Assembly (NCBI RefSeq): GCF_964204645.1
Contig: NC_134025.1
Coordinates: 186,001 to 250,000 of the forward strand
Reading direction: 5' to 3'
From: Tubulanus polymorphus
Taxonomy: Eukaryota; Animalia; Nemertea
DNA length: 64,000 nucleotides
The notes beneath the pieces are model-generated. The model was not told where the DNA came from. It was given only the letters and a program-made list of their open reading frames with translations, and did no database searches. This document shows positions 55,601 to 64,000 of this stretch, one piece after another. A program made the position numbers and the translations under genes. The stretch's first letter is position 1. The number at the start of each line of letters is the position of its first letter.

Positions 55601-56491
55601 CCGAGTATTCCCCAGTTCGCTCCACCACTCGGTCTGAATGTTACTGGAATAGCTGGAGTTGGAAGCGGACTCGGTGGAGCTCCGTTCGTCACATCGTACT
55701 CCATGCAGTAGACTTTGGATGGAAAGTTACCTCCGGCTGAAATCAAATGAAATCACTGTGCAACTGTCTGAACTCAATTCAATAGGTAACCATTGATGAA
55801 ACACTTTGAGTCAGTGTTGTAGTAAAAGATCATATTCAATCTTACGATAAGAATATAAGTCTGAAATGTTTCGACCTCTAGATAATGGTTTATTTAACGT
55901 TTTGACGATATCCCAAAAGCCATCTTCAGGAATTCTAATGTTAATGATAAAGTATGAGATCTAAAGAATATGCATATCGATCTTTGCATCTTTGTTTCTT
56001 TGTATATCTATGTTCTGGATTGATTCCAGAAGACAAAAAAAACTATTCGCAATTTATTTTCCATTCGTCTTATTTTGGGATATCTATATTCTAGTTGTTG
56101 GCGAAGTTAGACACATTTCAAACATTGAACCCACAACTGAATGTTTGTGACTGATACAAATGAACTCATTTAACATTCACATCATTATTCCAAATAATGA
56201 AATAAGATGAATACGTACTTGTAGGTATATACACGTTACTACGTAGACCAGCGCGACCGTACAGAGTGTATGTACGACTAATAGTCATTCCAGACGGCAT
56301 CGAGAATGACAGAGAAGTGAACGAGAAATCTGACAAAACAAATAACACTATATATTGTAAATCATTGCGTCCATCAATTTGAAGGATTTCTCAAGTTGTA
56401 CAGTTTGAATGATAGGCTTACCTGCTGCGTAAACATTGGTCGAAAAACTGATCGTCAAATATAAAACAGAAACTATCCATTTCAGCGCCAT
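49618..56491 (-). CDS. Non-classical cadherin: signal peptide, four Cys-bearing beta-rich modules, five cadherin repeats, membrane-proximal domain, TM and short tail
   Basis: Exon 56491-56422 reads MALKWIVSVLYLTISFSTNVYAA. Module exons lie at ~56329-56220 + 55736-55425, 55106-54651, 54152-53689 and 53611-53106. EC motifs include YEN..ASDPD..INYE..DSNDLP, PEN..TDED..DYE..DVNEPP and PEN..TDAD..NVNDNAP. The TM segment is LAMGFLLSVALTVWLGLIVAIGLYFF. Phase-compatible tail exons (QRLDTPF...; GDLVTFDF...PEVNE-stop at 49618) follow. Confidence 0.85.
54288..54615. repeat. 40-bp intronic minisatellite (~8 copies)
   Basis: Unit aaacctgatagaagcggccggtagagagtttgtaatctgt. Confidence 0.9.
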
Positions 56492-57239
56492 GATCGGCGT
56501 CGAACCCGGGACCTCCCGATTCTTCAGTTGTAAATAAAGTGTATCGAAAAGTTTATTTTATACTGAACGAACGACAACACGTTCGATGTTTAAACCCGTC
56601 TCGAACTGTCTGATTACATTATTCCAATCAACTTTCATTTCAAACATGTAAAACATTGACTGACAAGTATAAATTACCAGTTCGTCCAATGACAGCACTG
56701 ACGTATAAGTGATATAGTGTGTTCTGAATTTATCTACATCGTTATTTAACAATGATTCTGTAAATCTTTGTAATTCGAAATTACCTCGAATTGCGTAAAC
56801 ATCTCGACAGAATCTAAAACAGTTTTCAGCCGTTTTAATTTATAGATTATTTTCTTTTTAATGATGCAAATTTTCTCACATATAAAAGCAGGAATTTTCT
56901 CACGGTTATTGTCGTTAGATATTTGAATTTTCAAAACTCGTCTCATGATGTCTGATTTGTGGGGAAATTTTTATTTTCTAAATCCGGTTACGAAACAAAA
57001 TATCGAAATAAATAAATTGAAATTCAAAAGAACGAAGACAGTCGCGGAATCCAGGAAGTATTTAACTGTATTACACATTAATACAGTCTGGTTCATTCTA
57101 ATGCTCTAAAAATCAGACCAAATCTTCCAACCAAATAAAATAACAGGCACAATCCCTATAATAAAATCAAAATAGTCCTGTAATTGTTGAATGTTTCGCT
57201 AGGATACTGGCGTTCGTTCTAGCAAGTAATCGAGTCCCT

Positions 57240-57565
57240 CGGGCACGAGGCGTTCTAACACGAACCGGGGGTCTGGGGGCACGAGGCGTTCTAACACGAG
57301 CACCCCGCGGGGGGGTCTGGGGGTACGAGGTGTTCTAACACGAACCGGGGGTCTGGGGGCACGAGGCGTTCTAACACGAGTCGGGGGTCTGGGGGCACGA
57401 GGCGTTCTAACACGAGCACCCCGCGGGGGGGGTCTGGGGGTACGAGGTGTTCTAACACGAGCACCCCGCGGGGGTCTGGGGGCACGAGGCGTTCTAACAC
57501 GAGCCGGGGTCTGGGGGCACGAGGCGTTCTAACACGAGCACCCCGCGGGGGGGTCTGGGGGCACG
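57240..57565. repeat. GC-rich ~36-45-bp tandem repeat between the cadherin and globin genes
   Basis: Unit ggggtctgggggcacgaggcgttctaacacgag(caccccgcgg). Confidence 0.85.
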
Positions 57566-59237
57566 ATTTGGTGCATTCTAGGACATCTTCAGACCACTTT
57601 AATCGACGAACAAACTCATAACAGACCGTAAAACATTTTAGACCGTAGATTGGGAAAAGGAGATTTAAGCTTTAGTTTCGGCTAACCGGTTCCTACTACG
57701 GGTCAAATAGTTCGTGCAGCCGGGTGAAACGCGCGTAAGACATCCCCTTCAATCTTGCACTCTTTCGCCATCTACAGTTCAAAATACGAACAATAGTTAA
57801 CAATGTGAATCAATCTAACAGAACGATGATAGAAACAATTACTACTTGTATTAGGAAAAAAAATCTTTAAAAATTCTTTAAAAAAACAATGTTCATCCTT
57901 TGTTTCTAGGGCACTTTCTTAATATTTGCATATGAAATGTATAGACTTTGATCGGATGAGGTTCAGTTAGCCGTTACTGACAGTGAGACTTACTGCGGTA
58001 AGTGAATGTCGCGCGTTAATCATTGAGAAAAAACACAAGTGACAACTAGTAATTATCTGTTAGATCAAAGCCAAGCAACAACGTGAACGATTTAGAGATA
58101 CTGAGATACTGAGATACTGAGAAACCGAGATATCGAGATACTGAGATTCTGTGATATCGAGATACTGAGATACTGAGATACCGGGCTACTGAGAAACTGA
58201 AGTACTAGCACACCCTCACGCTCATCAGAGGTAAGTAATAAAAGTTTTAGAGAACATATTTATTTAGTAACATTGTTCAGAAATTGTAATAAATCTATAA
58301 GTTGTTTCTATGCCTGATCGAAACATTTTCTTTTTTCATTTTCTCAGTAATTTCAAAATCAAATCAAATCTGATATTTTGTTTACTTCTTTAAATATGTC
58401 TTGTATGTAATCATGGTGATTGTATTTTTTGTTGTACTTTTTAGTAAAGAAATAAATATCATATATTAATATTAATATTAATAATATCAATAAAATCGCC
58501 ATTAAATGGATTAGTCTTCTACATAATGATAAAGTTTCACTGTATTTCGAGCTTCACGATTTATTTTCAGTAAGACTAGGTTTAACCGCTGCATTATTGT
58601 AATCTCAAATCGTTAAGTTTCAATCTGTTTATCGGGGATTCATTCAGTAAAAACTGAGATGATATTCTACATGAAATCTTATTGATATATCGTGAAAGAG
58701 GGATATATGATAATCATATAATTATCATTTTTATTGATGAGTTGTTTTTCGGGTGATTGAGTATTTCCTCTGCAGTAATGAACTATTAACAGTTGATTAG
58801 ATACTGATTAACAGTACATCACCTTGGTTACCGAAATAAAATGTCTGCTTAGATGTAATAAAGGATGTATTTTAGCAGACAGTGTATGTAATCTGTTTAA
58901 CTGATCGAGACACGTCCCGACTCACATATACTGGATCCAGTTACACAGTTGTGACTCTATAACCGGGTACTGGTTACTTACACTTTTTCTAAGATCTTTT
59001 TCAATTAAAAGTCGTTTATTAATCGATTTAAAAGTCGTTAATTAATCGATTTTGACCATTGAATATTCTATCAATCCATCATTTTTGTCTTTACTTCCTC
59101 CTAATAAATTTTCAAACGCTGAAATAATTGAATTTCTAAATCGCTTGAAACTGAAAATTTTATTGTTAAACATTTATAAATCCTTCAAAAAATTTTTCCA
59201 ACTCAATAGTTGATCGGTTTTGTGTTCCAGGTATATC

Positions 59238-60136
59238 ATGGGTTGTGAAGCCAGTCATAGCGTTCACGCAGATTGGTATGCGCAGAAAAATGCTAAATTT
59301 GAAGATGTCGTAACTGATGAACAAATTGAAGTTATCAAACAAACATGGCCGCAATTGACCAATCATAAAGTGACGAATGGATGTAAGATATTCATGCATA
59401 TGTTTGCGAATGCACCAGTGGTGAAAACATCATTTTCATTCAGGTAAATTCATATTTTTGTCTCTCAGTTAGCGACTGATACACGTTAACTATCGGTGAT
59501 ACATAAATAGTCCCAAAATTTTCAGAATGACGCCGCATTAATATGAGGATTTTAGGAAACTTTCAGGATTTGAGTGTTACATATATGGCTTTAGAAGGGG
59601 CGCCCATAGATAATATCCTCCAGCAATATTCCCCGTTGGATCACACTAATAAGACACACAGACAGATAGTGTTTCCGCCCTATCACTTATAGTTGGCCTC
59701 ATCAATATGCGATGCTATTCGAGAATTAATCTCTATTTGCAGAGATTTAGAAGGCGAAGAACTGTTTAAGAATACCGTGTTTCGAGGTCATGGCGAGAAT
59801 TTTATGAAATTACTGGACGACGTTATACTAAAGATAGATTGTTTGGATCAAGCCGCATTAAAGCGTTTGATACCATTGGGTCATAAACACGGTTTAATCA
59901 ACGCTTTCGACCCGAGTTTCCTAAAGGTTTATAAACAGAGCGTCCTCTATACGTGGGAGAACGTACTAGGACACGCGTACACCGCTCATGTTCACGAGGC
60001 CTGGACCGACCTGTTAGAGTTTGTAATTGTGAATGTTGCCGATGGATATCGCGCGTTTGAGATTGAAGACGCCGAGAAGAGGAGAGACGGTTCTGGGATT
60101 CCATCACGAGAAATGATTGAAGTTTATACAGCTTAA
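59238..60136 (+). CDS. N-terminally acylated (globin X-like / neuroglobin-like) globin, 199 aa, two coding exons
   Basis: Exons 59238-59443 and 59743-60136 total 600 nt and join in phase 2. The protein starts MGCEAS. Fold landmarks are A-helix IKQTW, C2 Pro and CD1 Phe (APVVKTSF), distal His (FRGHG), proximal His (LGHKH) and H-helix HEAW. The 5' UTR has an acceptor at 59230 and candidate upstream donors at ~57998 and ~58231. Confidence 0.9.
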
Positions 60137-60494
60137 TCTAACCCCCCCCCCCTCCCCCTAAATGTCAACAAGTGGAAATATACCAGATTAATCAGACTTT
60201 GTGTTCTATTCAATGTGAATTAGTGACATATTGAAATCGTCATAGATTCTACTAATTATGTGTTGATCTCGAGAATATAATACTGAACTATTGTATATAC
60301 CTATAGGTTCAGTTCAGGAACGTGTAGAAATCTCACTAAACATTTCAGTTTCAATCTGATTACTCCAGAAGATCTCTTTTATTGGCTTTTTGCAATCAGT
60401 GATTTGAAGATACTATGGTCACCTGTCTCGACCTGACTGGTCACCAGTCACCATACTGAACAGTCTGACTTCCAAACATGGTCAATCACTACCG

Positions 60495-60600
60495 GTCTAT
60501 GGTCAAGTGGTTAGCGTGCACGGCTGACATACTCGGTGTAGCAGGTTCGAGTCTAGCTAGGGTTAGGGTACCTGACCAATTAGGGTTAGGGTTAGGCTCG
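60495..60600 (+). mobile_element. tRNA-derived SINE head / tRNA pseudogene followed by TTAGGG units
   Basis: A-box TGGTCAAGTGG and B-box GGTTCGAGTC occur at tRNA-like spacing. There is no intact acceptor stem. Confidence 0.55.
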
Positions 60601-62997
60601 TGTCTTTTCTTGTACCTTTTCATTCTGTATTTTTTGAAATATTTGCATTCAATTTAAACTCATAAATAGATGTTAAACAGTTTCATTAAATAAATGTTTT
60701 TCCTCAAAACCTAAGAAGATTTGTTGTCGATCTGAAAGTAAATCAGCTTCATCAGCGCTGTAGATACCTTGAGTCTGCTAATGTATTCCCAATATGAAAC
60801 CTCAATGTTCCTAGACCCCTAGCTACCAGACGCTTCTATTACTTTTTTGAAAGAATCCACACTCCAAGCACTTTCTCTACCTGTCGCGGCCACTAATTTA
60901 AAAGAGCTCAGGGCGATCCCCCGGGGGTCTATAAGGAATATACCCATCTCTAATGAGTAGTGAATGAACAATGACAGTGAACCTCGTTAAAAATGGCGGC
61001 CTTTTCATTAATTAGTTAATGATTGTTCATTTCTAACAGAGAAATATTGTAACCATGCACCTCTAAACTGTCTATTTATCTCGTTAATTAATTAGTTTTG
61101 ATTAATTAGAGCAATTTATTAATTAGTAGAATAATGAATAACGTTGTTAATTTCACGTACACAAATCTTACTATGTACAAATTTAGAATTGAAGAAAAAA
61201 ATAAAAATGATTTTAAGATTGAAAATTCGACGTTTCGTTCTGTCATCTATAGAAAAGGTCATCGTTAGTCCCAAGGACAGAGCAGTGCAGACGAGTTGAA
61301 TGGGTTAACTGGGTAACTGGTGATACTCAATGATTTAGGTTAAGACACAAAATCATCGCCGCTGAAGTTGACATTGTGTCGATCTCATCATGTTGATAAC
61401 TTGTACAAATGACGACTCACACCTAATACATTGAAATTTGAACAAGTATACAGAAACATGAAATATGACGACTTATCCAAATTACGACTTAGCCTACACT
61501 AAATCGAATAGGAAATACAAATTGGACTGGAAAATATACAGATGACTTCAGTCTGAAGTGATGACTTATCGAAATGATGACTTTGAGATCGAGTTTGACT
61601 TTGTTGAGAAAGAAGGGACAGAAAAGCAGAGTTGTAGATTCTGTAGCGATGCTGTGAAATGTGTTTCCAAAGTTTTGAAACTGATCTCGAATATGTTGCA
61701 AGATGTGTAAAATGATACGCGGATGGTGGTCGTGATGAAGAGGATGAAAGTGATGAGAGATAGTGTGATTTCACTGTCTGCAGTTTCTGGGTGATGAATT
61801 CTGTTGCATCCAATTGAAGGAAGTAATTCAAAACAAGTATAATTTATAAAAGCGGGTGATATTGAGATATAGAAGAGCACTTGACTATCATTACTCTACC
61901 TGTGTGTACATAGAGCATCACTCTCTCTCTCACTCTCTCCTCTCTCACTCACTCTCTCTCTCACTCTCTCTCACTCTCTCTCACTCTCTCCACTCTCTCT
62001 CACTCTCTCCACTCTCCCATACTTGAGTGAAATGTCGCACCCAAAACTGAAGAGTTTGAGATGTTTCAAGTATGTACTAGTGGGATACTGGTGATGAGGT
62101 CTGACGCCTATATATCAAATAAAAAATGAAATTCCTTCCCGCCGATAGGGGCTTTATTGTCTTATTTCCATAACGTGAAATATATTTCTATATTTGAGAG
62201 GCATCATTCGAAGAAATGAGAATTTCAATAAAGTTTAAAAAGCCCTGGGCGGGGTAGGGGTATGCTGCACCGAATTATATAGATTTGTTATCTTAAAACA
62301 CTTAAAATTACAGAATTCTCTCCTTATGGGAAATACCCAACCGGAATAGTATCCCACATTTATATAAATGCTATCAATATCTGATGATTTATTTGACAAA
62401 ACGTTGAATGGTCCATTTTTTCTTATCGGCCATAAAGATTTTTTGTAGGGCAGAGTTGTCTAACCTGTCTGAGGAGTGCCTAGGCGGGAATGTGGTCAGG
62501 GTAGAAATATAGAAAATCCTGCGCTGAATAATTCTATAAGATTGATGCAGGCGTCACATCAGCGGCCGACACAGCATGGTTTAGCTTTAAGACCATCTTC
62601 GTTCTCAAGTGACGACCACGAGGCCCTGGTTTATAGTATCACAGCTGTGGATGTATGACACAGCTGATTGTAGACGTCACCCAGTGATGAAACACTCTGC
62701 GTCTGGTTTGATATAAAAACCCTGCACACTAAGAATGAAAATATAGTCCGAAATGTTTCCTTTAGTTAGTAATAAGCATTTTATTCAACGTTTCTACTTC
62801 ATTTTGCGGAACAAATAATTTACTCCAGTCAGTTTCCGACGAGGAGTTGAATGAATGTTATTTTCAGATTCGATTCTAACATTTTGATCACTTGTTGAAA
62901 TCGATGTTGAGTAAGATGATGAAATTGGGTCGACGGGTTATTTTCTATGAGACATGCTTTGGTTTATGGAGAGTCAGTGTCCTGGGTAGATGTGTGT

Positions 62998-63105
62998 GGC
63001 ACGCGAGACTCGCGCGAGTTGGAAGGCGTGGTCTGGGCTCCTCTTCTGTCAACCATTGTGTGATGAACCCGCGAAATTTGGTCACCTCGAGAGGGGTATA
63101 AAAAC
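62998..63105 (+). promoter_or_regulatory. achaete-scute promoter: Hairy/E(spl) class C site and TATA box
   Basis: GGCACGCGAG at 62998-63007 and TATAAAA at ~63097. CAGCTG E-boxes lie further upstream at 62642 and 62661. Confidence 0.65.
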
Positions 63106-63174
63106 GTCTTTACATCACGGCATCAATACAGAGTGTTGTATAGACGGGTAGACACACACACAGACACACAAGTC

Positions 63175-63909
63175 ATGGATGAACACAATCTGGATTTAGA
63201 AACAACTGAAATTAAACTGGAACATTTCGAGGACGATTCGGACGTTAAAGATTTCGATGAAATAGATTTGTTGAATTCCACGTCGAAAAAAGAGAACAAT
63301 AATAAATCGTTAAAGAAATTGAGTCAGAAATCTAGCGGTATCGCCGTAGCGCGGCGAAATGAGCGAGAGCGAAACCGCGTTAAACATATAAACAGGACAT
63401 TCGGAATTCTCAGGCAACATATTCCGAATATGAAACCGACTAAAAAACTGAGTAAAGTTGATACATTGAGGTGCGCGTCGCAGTATATCCGTAGTTTACA
63501 ACAGTTAATATCTGAGCACGATCGACTGGCGCTGAGAATGCATCAACCGAATCAATGTTATCATCGTTCAGGCCTTCATCATCATCATCATCAACAACAG
63601 CAGCAGCAGCAATCTAATCTATTCATGTACAATACTGATACTCGTCAGTCTCATCATTTATATCATCCTCATCATCCTCATCATCATCATCAGCAGCAGC
63701 AGCAGCACCGTCCTCATTTACGGATACCTATCCAGCCTCCTGTTCACATGGTTACCTCATCATCTCCATCCTCACCGAACACGTCAGTTATGAGTGCAGC
63801 ATCTCCCGGTTACAGCTCCGACTCGTCGTGGGACGGTTTATCAGTAGCAGAGAGAGAGGAAACAGAGTTTATACCTAGAATATCCCCGACTGAATCTGTC
63901 TGGTCCTGA
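63175..63909 (+). CDS. ASCL: Achaete-scute family proneural bHLH transcription factor, 244 aa, single coding exon
   Basis: The bHLH reads [28 protein letters not shown]...[22 protein letters not shown]. It is followed by His/Gln tracts and the [11 protein letters not shown] motif. ATG 63175 is the first ATG after the TATA box. Confidence 0.93.
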   Translation: MDEHNLDLETTEIKLEHFEDDSDVKDFDEIDLLNSTSKKENNNKSLKKLSQKSSGIAVARRNERERNRVKHINRTFGILRQHIPNMKPTKKLSKVDTLRCASQYIRSLQQLISEHDRLALRMHQPNQCYHRSGLHHHHHQQQQQQQSNLFMYNTDTRQSHHLYHPHHPHHHHQQQQQHRPHLRIPIQPPVHMVTSSSPSSPNTSVMSAASPGYSSDSSWDGLSVAEREETEFIPRISPTESVWS

Positions 63910-64000
63910 ATCGATCCTGGTAAGTTTTAATTGTTTTATTGCACAGTTCTTCTTCATTGGAAATGAATTGATTCTAACTCAAATAGAGAATGATAGAAGA

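Noticed and set aside
60495-60565. Functional tRNA gene
   Set aside because: A and B boxes are present, but the acceptor and T stems do not pair convincingly. Treated as a SINE head or pseudogene.
61489-61880. Three overlapping minus-strand ORFs upstream of the achaete-scute gene
   Set aside because: No recognisable domain, non-ATG or weak starts, and no consistent exon chain could be built.

Overview
AT-rich, intron-dense animal (invertebrate bilaterian-type) genomic DNA; the species cannot be determined from sequence. Six protein genes are supported. HECTD1 (minus, ~40 exons) and NUP133 (plus) are arranged head-to-head around a ~1.2 kb bidirectional promoter. They are followed by a small three-exon gene missed by the ORF track that encodes a secreted 56-aa inhibitor-cystine-knot (knottin, toxin-like) precursor, a non-classical cadherin with four N-terminal Cys-bearing exon-modules, an N-acylated (MGC-) globin and an achaete-scute bHLH gene. 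Many introns are filled by minisatellites; two arrays duplicate a real splice site dozens of times (~85 acceptors in HECTD1, ~26 donors in NUP133). One 76-bp B-box-containing satellite lies just past the predicted poly(A) signal of both HECTD1 and NUP133, and a CTCF-like motif cluster lies next to the NUP133-side array. All long repeat-derived ORFs are artefacts. Coordinates were read by eye, so exon ends and copy numbers are approximate unless stated.
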